From Cenarchaeum sp. (lineage in GTDB: Archaea; Thermoproteota; Nitrososphaeria; Nitrososphaerales; Nitrosopumilaceae), in NCBI GenBank assembly GCA_965206845.1, contig OZ242221.1:1152001-1216000 (forward strand): a DNA stretch of 64,000 nt. The letters run 5' to 3'. Below the pieces are notes generated by a model. It did no database searches. It was not told where the DNA came from and was given only the letters and a program-made list of their open reading frames with translations. The translations under genes and the position numbers were made by a program. Shown here piece after piece: positions 30,664 to 39,186 of the stretch. Position 1 is the first letter of the stretch, and each line of letters starts with the position of its first letter.

Positions 30664-30748
30664 GCGGGCGTCGCCCAGCCTGGCCAAAGGCGCTAGCTTG
30701 AGGGGCTAGTCTCTAAGGAGTTCGTGGGTTCAAATCCCATCGCCCGCA
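30664..30748 (+). tRNA. tRNA-Leu (GAG)
   Basis: GCGGGCG/CGCCCGC acceptor; CTAGC-TTGAGGG-GCTAG anticodon arm; long variable arm; TTCAAAT loop. Confidence 0.95.
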
Positions 30749-30814
30749 CTACCTGCTTTATGGCTATGATGTGGTCGGTCTTGTGCGGGAATCCAAATGG
30801 TGTGGCATCGCAGG

Positions 30815-31420
30815 CTACTTGCCCATGGCCCGGATGAGGTCTGACCGGCGGATCTCCTCCGTGACTGCCGCGCGGGTGCCCTCCAAGAGCGACCTGTTAA
30901 CATCCAGCTTTCTCCTGACGTCCCTTAGCACCTTGTCGTACGTGGCAAAGGGGTACAGCATGTTGTAGATCTCCTCCATGGTGGAGAAGGTTCTCTCGGC
31001 CTTCTCGGCCCTGCCGCGGCGGATCATGTCGTATGTCATGCGCTTGAGCTCCCCTATGCAGTCCAGGAGGCCCAGAATGTATGACTCGCCGGAGACCTTT
31101 AGCTCCTTGTGGTCCGGCACCGGCCTGTCCTCTGCCAGCGCAATCAGGCAGAGCGCCTCGACCAGCTCCTGCCCAGGCACTGCCAGGTATCTTGACAGGG
31201 CACCACTCGTCCCCTCCCGGTATGACTCCAGGAGATCCTGGGCCTTGCCGGCCTTGGACTTTGCCGCCTCCAGATCGCCTCCGTGCACCGCAATTATGGC
31301 CTGGCTGCAGAGTATGACCACGTCCCGGGTACCCCTGATGAGGTGCTCCCGGGACTCGTGCGCCTCCTTCAGGCCTTCCTCTATCGTCTCAAGTGATGAT
31401 CTGATGCCTTCCAATAACAT
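30815..31420 (-). CDS. Translin family RNA-binding protein
   Basis: QELVEA, YILGLLDCIGELKR, RRKLD. Confidence 0.85.
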   Translation of the reverse strand: MLLEGIRSSLETIEEGLKEAHESREHLIRGTRDVVILCSQAIIAVHGGDLEAAKSKAGKAQDLLESYREGTSGALSRYLAVPGQELVEALCLIALAEDRPVPDHKELKVSGESYILGLLDCIGELKRMTYDMIRRGRAEKAERTFSTMEEIYNMLYPFATYDKVLRDVRRKLDVNRSLLEGTRAAVTEEIRRSDLIRAMGK

Positions 31421-31628
31421 GCTGCTTGTAGTGTGTCGCGTTCCGTGATAAAGCCGTTTTGCCTAGCTTAGGCGCCCGGCTATGATACAGCACCAACAAA
31501 TGTTCAGCTGTGTCCTATAGCGACACGCAAAAATTCGTGCAGTGTGTAAGCAGACCGTAAGACTTTGATACGCTCAAAAATCCACTTATGGAATCAAATC
31601 CTTCATGAAATACACTGTTTTCTTTTGA

Positions 31629-31830
31629 CTATAGCGCCGACTAAAAGTTCTTGCAGAATCCACGAATCATTTCAGTCAGGCTTCCCTGCAAAGCCACATA
31701 CCAGAACGTTATGTATGCCAAGATTAGGAACGGATTAGGCGGCAATTGTCAATGGCTGGTGTCCATGTTTGAGACAAACGTGATCGAAGCCAGCGACATA
31801 CTCTGCAGGAACTTTCGATCGGCGCTATAG
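31629..31830. mobile_element. IS630/Tc1-type MITE
   Basis: ~29-bp imperfect TIRs (CTATAGCGCCGA...AAAGTTC.TGCAGA); TA duplication in a reconstructed CTAG site; no ORF. Confidence 0.72.
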
Positions 31831-31951
31831 CAGCAGGTTGTCTGAAACACTCATTTATTGTTCCGTTCTAATTTTGATCCCTTCCCCCAATGATCCTTTT
31901 GCGTTGACTAGATCAGCAACTCTTATTTTATGTGCAAGACCCGCACAATTG

Positions 31952-32593
31952 ATGGAGATATCAGTCAGGCAGATGTATGACATAGAGGAGAACGGCCACA
32001 AGATGGGCTTTCTCAAAAAGTTCATGATGGAGAATGCGGGCGCCGCCGCCGTGCGCAGACTGTGTGAGAGGGTACCGGATATCGCCTCAAAGGAGGTGCT
32101 GATCCTTGCTGGAATGGGAAACAACGGCGGCGACGGCCTGGTGATGGCAAGGCACCTAGCGGGGCACGGGGCCCGGGTCACGGTGATACTGCTGGGCACC
32201 CACGACAGGATAAGGACCGAGGAGAGCAGCTGGAACTGGTCCATACTCAAAAAGATGCCTTCGGTAAGGCTGATGGAGGGATGTGACTCCTACCCAAGAC
32301 CGGACGTGATGATCGACGCCGTCTTGGGCACCGGGATTGCAGGCGACATAAGGGAGCCCTACGCGTCGGCCATCCGGCACATCAATGGCACCGAATGCTT
32401 TACGATGGCAGTCGATGTGCCATCGGGCCTGAACCCAGAGACCGGCCTGGCGGCGACCCCGTCCGTCCGGGCCGACGTCACCGTCACCTTTCACAAGATG
32501 AAGCGGGGAATCCCACAGAGACCTGATCTGACAGGACGCGTGTACGTGGAAAAGATCGGGATACCGCCCGAGGCCGAGGAGGGAGTCCTGTGA
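31952..32593 (+). CDS. nnrE: NAD(P)H-hydrate epimerase (YjeF-N)
   Basis: MENAG, GNNGGDG, DAVLGTG, DVPSG. Confidence 0.93.
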   Translation: MEISVRQMYDIEENGHKMGFLKKFMMENAGAAAVRRLCERVPDIASKEVLILAGMGNNGGDGLVMARHLAGHGARVTVILLGTHDRIRTEESSWNWSILKKMPSVRLMEGCDSYPRPDVMIDAVLGTGIAGDIREPYASAIRHINGTECFTMAVDVPSGLNPETGLAATPSVRADVTVTFHKMKRGIPQRPDLTGRVYVEKIGIPPEAEEGVL

Positions 32594-33201
32594 AGGTTCA
32601 CCAGATACAGGTGGGCGGCATGCTCAACTTCACATACGTCATTGAGGACGAGAAGACCGGCCAGGCGATCCTGCTGGATCCCTCCTGGGATCTGGACAAG
32701 GTAAAGGAGGTCATAACCCGCAACTCCCTGGAGATAAAATACATCATAAACACGCACCACCACTTTGACCACACCATGGGAAACGAGACCATGGCAAGGC
32801 ACACGGGCGCAAAGATAGTGCAGCACGAGGAGTCGGAGCTGCACCACGACATGGCGGTAAAAGACGGCGATACCATACAGTTTGGCGACTCGCAGCTTCT
32901 TGTGCACCACACGCCGGGCCACTCCCGGGACAGCATCTGCCTGACAGGCGACGGCAAGATCTTCTCCGGCGACACCCTCTTTGTGGGCAACTGCGGACGG
33001 GTGGATCTTCCCGGCGGCAGCGCGCAGGAGCTCTACCACAGCCTCTTTGGCGTGCTGTACGCAATGCCCGACGATCTGGAGCTCTTCCCGGGCCACAACT
33101 ACGGCTCTGTCGAGACCTCGACACTGGGCCGGGAGAAGAGGGTGAACCCCGTGATGCGGCGCATACCGGAGCAAGAGTTCGTATCCATGATGGGGCAGTA
33201 G
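32590..33201 (+). CDS. MBL-fold hydrolase (glyoxalase II-like)
   Basis: THHHFDH, TPGH, SGDTLF..CGR.D, PGH. Confidence 0.9.
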   Translation: MKVHQIQVGGMLNFTYVIEDEKTGQAILLDPSWDLDKVKEVITRNSLEIKYIINTHHHFDHTMGNETMARHTGAKIVQHEESELHHDMAVKDGDTIQFGDSQLLVHHTPGHSRDSICLTGDGKIFSGDTLFVGNCGRVDLPGGSAQELYHSLFGVLYAMPDDLELFPGHNYGSVETSTLGREKRVNPVMRRIPEQEFVSMMGQ

Positions 33202-33203
33202 CC

Positions 33204-34238
33204 TTGGAGGGAATCAGGGCCTACGGCGCAGAAGAGTTTGCCAAAAGCCTGGAGGGGAAGCGGTTTCTGTTCTCCCTTGTCATGTCGTACACCCGTACCT
33301 GCGAGATACCCGGCATCACCGTTGCCGGCGCAAACCCGGACATGCTAAAGTTCACGCCGCCGGCAGACGCAGAGTTCATCCGCTACGGGCGCTGCAGGTG
33401 CATCGACGCCATACCAATGACGCCAGACGGCAAGCCCACGCCGGCGCTCTTCACCCGCGTGGCGCTAAACGCAGCCGACATCCCCTTTGTCGCAATAGAC
33501 GCAGGCGGCGTCATAGAGCCGCAGATGCCCTTCATTCAGACAGGACTCAAACCGGGCGGGGACATCTCCCGGGAGCCGGCAATGTCCAAACCCTCCCTCC
33601 TGAGGGCCATAGAGTACGGCAAGGCGACGGGCCAGATGCTGGCGCCGCTGACTGACTGCCTGGTGATAGGGGAGAGCCTTCCGGGGGGGACCACCACGGC
33701 GCAGGCGGTGATGAGGGGACTGGGAATCGACGCCCGGTCAAGCTCCAGCATGCCCAAAAACCCCGTGTTCCTGAAGGAGAAGGTCGTAGCGGCCGCGCTG
33801 GACAGGCTGCATTCCAGCGACCCGCAAGACATAATATCACAGCTGGCAGACCCCATGATCCCGTTTGTTGCTGGCATGCTCTCATCGGCATCCCGGACCG
33901 CCCGCGTCATGCTTGCCGGGGGAACGCAGATGGCAGCCGTTCTGGCAGTCGCCAGATCCCTGAACCTTGGGATAAGGAGCACCGCCATAGGGACCACCAG
34001 GTACATCACAGACGACAGGACCGCCAACCTCCTGGACATGGCAGACGTGCCCGTGCTGGCAGTGGATCCAGGCGTCTCAGGCTCCCACATAGGCGGGCTC
34101 CGGGCGTTCTCCGAGGGCTTTGCCAAGGAGGGCGCCGGCGCCGGCGGCAGCATGATATCTGCCGTCCTCAAGGCGGGCATCACAACATCACGCCTGCGCA
34201 CCCTCGCAGAGGCCGAGTACGCCCGGATATCTACCTGA
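33204..34238 (+). CDS. cobT: Archaeal nicotinate-nucleotide:benzimidazole phosphoribosyltransferase
   Basis: GES.PGGTTTA, LAGGTQM, KEGAGAGG. Confidence 0.85.
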   Translation: MEGIRAYGAEEFAKSLEGKRFLFSLVMSYTRTCEIPGITVAGANPDMLKFTPPADAEFIRYGRCRCIDAIPMTPDGKPTPALFTRVALNAADIPFVAIDAGGVIEPQMPFIQTGLKPGGDISREPAMSKPSLLRAIEYGKATGQMLAPLTDCLVIGESLPGGTTTAQAVMRGLGIDARSSSSMPKNPVFLKEKVVAAALDRLHSSDPQDIISQLADPMIPFVAGMLSSASRTARVMLAGGTQMAAVLAVARSLNLGIRSTAIGTTRYITDDRTANLLDMADVPVLAVDPGVSGSHIGGLRAFSEGFAKEGAGAGGSMISAVLKAGITTSRLRTLAEAEYARIST

Positions 34239-35991
34239 CGGTGACTGACTTTGCAAGGTTTCTGGGCCGGTCGGGGTTCGTATCCCTCTCCAGGGCGGTA
34301 TAGTACGAGAGCAGCTGAATCGGGACTATCTCCACTATGGGGTATATGGACTCGTGCAGCTTTGGAATCCGGATCCAGTGATCGTACAGATCGCTGGGGC
34401 GGTCCGATACGCCGATTATCCTGGCGCCCCGGGCCTTGATCTCGCTTGTGCTGTTTATCATGTCCTGGTATGTCTCGTCATCTGGATTTATCACGATTAC
34501 ATGCGTGCCGGGGCCCATCAGCGCCAGCGGCCCGTGCTTGAGCTCGCCACCGGGAATGCCCTCGGCATGTATGTAGGAGAGCTCCTTGAGCTTCAGGGCG
34601 GCCTCGGCGGCGATCGGGTGGTGGACGCCCCTTCCCAGCACGTAGATGTCTGATGAGTCCCTAAGCTCCGAGGCAATCTTCCTTATCTTGTGATAGTCTG
34701 CCAGTATGCCGCTTATGGCATGGGATATCTCCCCAAAGTCCACCTTCAGGCACCCGTGGCACAGCCTGTCGACGATCTGGTATATGACCGCCAGCTGCGC
34801 GGTGAAACTCTTGGTGGCCGCCACGCCGATCTCGGGCCCGCAGTTCATGGCCAGCACCTGCGACGACTCCTGCGCCAGGGACGAGAGGAGCATGTTGACG
34901 ATGGAGATGACTCTGGCGCCCGACCTCTTTGCTATGCGCACAGCTTCTAAGACGTCGGCGCTCTCGCCGCTCTGGGATATTGCGATCAGCACCGAGCCCG
35001 GATCGATGGATCCTGGCGTAAACGGCATCTCGCTGGATATTATGGGCTCAAGCCGCACCCCTGCATACTTTGAGAGCAGGTATCTTGCCACCAAGGCGGC
35101 ATTGTAGCTGGTGCCGCTGCCTGTTATGTATGCGGACCCGGCATTCCGGATTAAGGTGGCGGCATGCTCTATGGCGTCTGCGGCCCCCTCGCCGGACCGG
35201 AGCACCGTGTCTGGCTGCTCGGATATCTCCTTTTGCGTAAAGTGGGCAAACTCGCCCCTGTACACGTCGGCAAACTCCTTTGAGACCTTGGTCAGCGGCC
35301 TCCTGACCCGGTTCCCCTCAAAGTCGTAGATGTCCAGACCCGCGTCCCCGATGACTGCCACGTCCCCGCTGTCCATGTATATGGCGTCATCGGTCTTCTC
35401 GATGAATCCCAATACGTCGCTTGACAGAAAGTGCGCGCCGCCCCTGACACCTATGATCAGCGGCACGTGAAGCCTGGCGGCTGCCAGCGTGCCGTCCTCA
35501 AACATGGCCACAAACGCATAGTCGCCACGTATCCTGCGCACGGTCCTGAGCACGGCCTCCAGGATGTCGCCCGCATCGTCATAGTTCTTCTGGAGCAGGT
35601 TTGCCAGCACCTCGGTGTCAGTCTCCGACTCGAATGTAAACCCGCAGGACAGCAGCTCCTCCTTGAGCTCCTTGTGGTTCTCGACTATGCCGTTGTGCAC
35701 CAGGGCCAGGCCGCCGGTGCTGCTAGAGTGGGGGTGCGCGTTGATATCCGTTATGCCACCGTGGGACGCCCATCGGGTGTGGCCTATTCCGATGGTGCCT
35801 TTCATCGAGTCCAGCCCGACGGACTTGTTTACGGCGGACACCCCGCCGACGCCCTTCCTTACCTGAATCCTGCCCCGGCTCCGGGTGGCCACGCCGACGC
35901 TGTCGTACCCGCGATACTCCATGCGCTTCAGTCCGTGCACCAGGATGGGGGCCGCGACGCCGCGCCCGCGATAGCCGATTATCGAACACAT
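34231..35991 (-). CDS. glmS: Glutamine--fructose-6-phosphate aminotransferase
   Basis: N-terminal MC, EYRGYDS, GHTRWA, SQSGE, KHGP, PRNLAKSVTV. Confidence 0.96.
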   Translation of the reverse strand: MCSIIGYRGRGVAAPILVHGLKRMEYRGYDSVGVATRSRGRIQVRKGVGGVSAVNKSVGLDSMKGTIGIGHTRWASHGGITDINAHPHSSSTGGLALVHNGIVENHKELKEELLSCGFTFESETDTEVLANLLQKNYDDAGDILEAVLRTVRRIRGDYAFVAMFEDGTLAAARLHVPLIIGVRGGAHFLSSDVLGFIEKTDDAIYMDSGDVAVIGDAGLDIYDFEGNRVRRPLTKVSKEFADVYRGEFAHFTQKEISEQPDTVLRSGEGAADAIEHAATLIRNAGSAYITGSGTSYNAALVARYLLSKYAGVRLEPIISSEMPFTPGSIDPGSVLIAISQSGESADVLEAVRIAKRSGARVISIVNMLLSSLAQESSQVLAMNCGPEIGVAATKSFTAQLAVIYQIVDRLCHGCLKVDFGEISHAISGILADYHKIRKIASELRDSSDIYVLGRGVHHPIAAEAALKLKELSYIHAEGIPGGELKHGPLALMGPGTHVIVINPDDETYQDMINSTSEIKARGARIIGVSDRPSDLYDHWIRIPKLHESIYPIVEIVPIQLLSYYTALERDTNPDRPRNLAKSVTVR

Positions 35992-36037
35992 ATGTCTACT
36001 TTATCCAGTACTGGCATATTTACAGATACTTGCGCGG

Positions 36038-37687
36038 TTACGGGGAATTATATACATGAGTACGCAGTACCCTGCCTTTTTGTGGCGCTCTTGCAATCCC
36101 TCCCACGCGTGGCTCTTGCGTGTTGTTTGCGGAGCGTCCGGAAGCAATCCCGGCCTGGAATCTTACGCCTTTGGACGACGATCCCCGCCGCCCTGCCGCC
36201 ATGGCTGTCGCCTTGGAGGCAATGTTATGCGCCGCGTTTATGTCGGCGTTGATGTCATTGTCACACTTGTCATTGGTGCAGTGGAACTTTCCCTGCGATA
36301 TGCGGGAGTCCCTGTCTTTGTGGCCGCACATGTGGCATGTGATGCTCGTGCCACTTGGGTCGACCGTGATGACCGCAACGCCCATGTTTTCGCATGTCTG
36401 CTCAATCTGGCTCAGGAACGTCCTCGGGCGCGAGTATGCCATCTCGCGGTTGAGGCCGGTCTTGGCGGAGCTTCCCTTGCCTTTGCCCCTGGCCGTCATG
36501 TTCCTGATGTTCAGGTCCTCGATGACAACCGTGCCGGCGCCGTCGGCTATCCTCTTGGACGCGTGTCGCTCCCAGTTGGTCTGCTTGTTGGCAATCTTCT
36601 CACGCTTCTTGCGGATCCTCCTTTGCAGATCCTTGTAGCTGCGGGACTTGGGGTTCCTGGACCTATTCCTGTTGCTGCCGTTCGTGTTTTTGCCCCCGTC
36701 GTTTGCGCCACCATTGCGAGCCTTGATCCTCCTGCTGCCGCTGCCTCCCCCCTTTCGTGAGAGCTCCGCATACATCTTCGATATGTCGTCGTTCTTCGTC
36801 CTCTTGCTGCCGTCCGGGATGTCGTGGAACTCGGCGTAGCCGGTATCAAGGTCGACGGTGGTGGCGTTGTGAACTATGCCCATGTCGACCCCCCTGATGA
36901 CATCTGACGTTTCGGGCTTTGGCGCCTCCATCCCGACCTGTATGTGAAGCCTGTACGTCCTGTTGTGTTTTTCGGTGAGCCTAGTGGTCTTCTTGGTCGT
37001 CTCCACCAACTGGAAGGATCGCATGTCCAATCCCTCAACGTCATCATGCACCTTCACGGTACCGATGCCGGGAAGCATCACCATGCCGTTGCCCTTGGAC
37101 ACCGGCTTCTCGAACACGGAGAGGGACCGCATTTTTCCCTTCCTCTTGAACAGGTCGCCCCTGTGGCTCCACTTGTTCTTTTTGTTGCTCCATTTGTTGG
37201 ATGGTAAATTTGCCGCCGTGTCAACATCCTCAACTCCCTCCTTTTCCCTGTAGCGCCTGGCCAGGTGTTTCCACAGTGCGTTGTTGCGGCGCTTTTTCCC
37301 GTTGGATTCTATGAACTTCTTTACCGCGTCCAGGCCCTGGCGGAGCCCTACCCTCTGAACCCTGCTGTCGCAGGCCTCCCTGATCCCGGCAGTCCGCGCA
37401 TAGTCATCATGGACCAGCCACGCCTTCGCGTTCCTCCATTTCGTGAGCATCCTGCAGAGGTCATAGAATGTTACGTCAGGGCTTCTGAGCGCCTCCTGGA
37501 CGGCCATGTTGAACGCCCACCTCTGTTGATCCATGTGACGCGATATGAGGACGGAAAGATCACCGGACTGGTCAAAGTCCGCCTTTATGGTGCGGATCAT
37601 CGTGTCTGGCGTAGCCGCCGTGGCGGATTTCGCTTTCGCTTCTGGCTCTGGCGCGGCTGCCGTTGCCACCATATCGATTGATTTCAT
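36038..37687 (-). CDS. tnpB: TnpB family RNA-guided endonuclease, ~550 aa, RuvC triad intact
   Basis: RuvC-I GVDMG, RuvC-II VIEDL, zinc finger CHMC...CTNDKC, RuvC-III ADINAA.NI; TTTTAT box near 37715 fits ATG 37687. Confidence 0.92.
   Translation of the reverse strand: MKSIDMVATAAAPEPEAKAKSATAATPDTMIRTIKADFDQSGDLSVLISRHMDQQRWAFNMAVQEALRSPDVTFYDLCRMLTKWRNAKAWLVHDDYARTAGIREACDSRVQRVGLRQGLDAVKKFIESNGKKRRNNALWKHLARRYREKEGVEDVDTAANLPSNKWSNKKNKWSHRGDLFKRKGKMRSLSVFEKPVSKGNGMVMLPGIGTVKVHDDVEGLDMRSFQLVETTKKTTRLTEKHNRTYRLHIQVGMEAPKPETSDVIRGVDMGIVHNATTVDLDTGYAEFHDIPDGSKRTKNDDISKMYAELSRKGGGSGSRRIKARNGGANDGGKNTNGSNRNRSRNPKSRSYKDLQRRIRKKREKIANKQTNWERHASKRIADGAGTVVIEDLNIRNMTARGKGKGSSAKTGLNREMAYSRPRTFLSQIEQTCENMGVAVITVDPSGTSITCHMCGHKDRDSRISQGKFHCTNDKCDNDINADINAAHNIASKATAMAAGRRGSSSKGVRFQAGIASGRSANNTQEPRVGGIARAPQKGRVLRTHVYNSP
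36041..36169 (-). ncRNA. Putative omega/reRNA scaffold overlapping the tnpB 3' end (left TIR)
   Basis: Canonical position for a TnpB guide scaffold; hairpins CCGGGA-TTGC-TTCCGG and GGGTAC-TGC-GTACTC; transcription is inferred, not shown. Confidence 0.55.
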
Positions 37688-37796
37688 TACCGCATTCAAT
37701 ATTCCACATCGCATAAAAGCGCCGATGCAACACTGTCATTAGTATGCAGACCATGCAGACTGTCAATACCGTAATGGCCATTTTTGCCACTGGTCG

Positions 37797-37926
37797 GGCG
37801 CGAGACTCCGGCGCGGGATTGCTCCCGCGCGTTCCGTGAATCAAACGCGAGAACCAAGCGTTGGAGGGATTGCAAGAGCGCCACAAAAAGGCAGGGGTAC
37901 TGCGTACTCATGTATATAATTCCCCG
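37797..37926 (+). ncRNA. Second, inverted copy of the putative scaffold (right TIR)
   Basis: Hairpin GCGCGGGA-TTGC-TCCCGCGC at 37811-37830 with compensatory changes relative to the left copy. Confidence 0.5.
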
Positions 37927-37927
37927 G

Positions 37928-38476
37928 TTACGCCTCTACGATTGCCACGTCGGGCGCAGGCGCCTCTTCTGCGGGAGCCTTCTTTAGGATGTCGCCAAAC
38001 GACGAGCCCGGCGTAAGCCCGATCCCGTCCTCCTCCGCCACTGTCACGATATACGACGGAATGTCAATTACCCTGTCCCCGATTGATATGTGCCCGTGCA
38101 CCACGGCCTGCCGTGCCTGGTATGCCGTCTTGAAGCCCATCCTCTTTACGATTATGGTCTGCAGCCTCCTCTGCAGCAGGTCGGTCACCTGCAGGTTCAG
38201 CACGTCATCCAGCGTTGACTCGGCCTGTATGAGGCCTATGCGCGCAAGCGAGCTGAGCAGTATCGGCTCCCGTTCCTGCCTCTCCTCCTGCCTCAGCGCT
38301 AGGAGAGCGCGGGCCTGCTTTCTTAGCCTTGAGAGCTCGGTGTGCGTCTTCCAGAGCTCCCTCTTGGTTCTGAGCCCAAAGTCGCCCAAGGTCTTGAGCT
38401 CCTCCACCTTTAGATCATAATTGAGCGGGCGCTTTGGCTTTCTCCAGTTCTTTCTTGGCAGCTTTGGATCTCCCAT
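37928..38476 (-). CDS. rps4: 30S ribosomal protein S4
   Basis: MGDPK, GL..KRELW, RRLQT, QARQ.V.HGHI. Confidence 0.96.
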   Translation of the reverse strand: MGDPKLPRKNWRKPKRPLNYDLKVEELKTLGDFGLRTKRELWKTHTELSRLRKQARALLALRQEERQEREPILLSSLARIGLIQAESTLDDVLNLQVTDLLQRRLQTIIVKRMGFKTAYQARQAVVHGHISIGDRVIDIPSYIVTVAEEDGIGLTPGSSFGDILKKAPAEEAPAPDVAIVEA

Positions 38477-38485
38477 GGTATCACC

Positions 38486-38968
38486 CTATTTGGATCCCCC
38501 GGACTTTGCCGGTTGAATCTTTCCGCCCTTGGCCACCCCGACGGCTCCGCCTCTCCTTCCGGCGGTGCGGGTGCGCTGGCCTCTTACCTTGAGGCCGTAC
38601 ATGTGGCGGTAGCCCCTCCAGCTGCCGCTGATCCTCTCCCTCTCCACGTCATTGCGTATGGTAAACTCGATATCGGAGTTGAAGATGTGCTTGTTCTCCC
38701 CGGTCTCCGCATCCTTGCGCCTGTTGAGGAACCATGTGGGAATGTCGGCAGCCTTAGGATCCTGCAGGATCTTCTCGATGGACTCCACCTGCGGCTCGGT
38801 CAGGTATCCGATGTGCGAGCTGGGGCGTATGCCGGTCATATCAAGGATCGCTGTGGAAAAGCTGCGGCCCACGCCGCGGATCTGGGTCATGCCCACAAGT
38901 ATTGTCTTGTCTCCGGGGATGTCATTGCCGAGAATCCTCACTATATGTCTGTACTCCTGGTCGGCCAA
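38486..38968 (-). CDS. rps13: 30S ribosomal protein S13
   Basis: [25 protein letters not shown]; probable TTG start at 38968. Confidence 0.95.
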   Translation of the reverse strand: MADQEYRHIVRILGNDIPGDKTILVGMTQIRGVGRSFSTAILDMTGIRPSSHIGYLTEPQVESIEKILQDPKAADIPTWFLNRRKDAETGENKHIFNSDIEFTIRNDVERERISGSWRGYRHMYGLKVRGQRTRTAGRRGGAVGVAKGGKIQPAKSGGSK

Positions 38969-39186
38969 GTATGCAAAATTCAAGATATCCCTGATAAAAA
39001 CCATTGCTGGGGCAGTCGCGATCGGGCTCCTGCCTGCCGCGCCCCGATATGGGCCCGGATCCCGCACGGCAACCCGGACGGACGTGGCAGCGGGGCCCGG
39101 CTCAGCTGCGTGTGGCCGGTATGGCCAGGCGTGGTGTCGGCCCTCATCTTACCTGCGCGCCTAAACCCGGAGCGGCCGTGAAGGAG

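Larger units (their letters stand above)
36041..37926. mobile_element. TnpB-only element with ~130-bp terminal inverted repeats and target-site duplication
   Basis: 36041-36169 is the reverse complement of 37797-37926; flanks repeat (CG)GTTA(CG); no transposase inside. Confidence 0.88.

Noticed and set aside
39000-39186. GC-rich intergenic stretch as SRP or RNase P RNA (also 60042-60268, 56260-56560)
   Set aside because: No SRP helix-8 or RNase P conserved motifs recognised.
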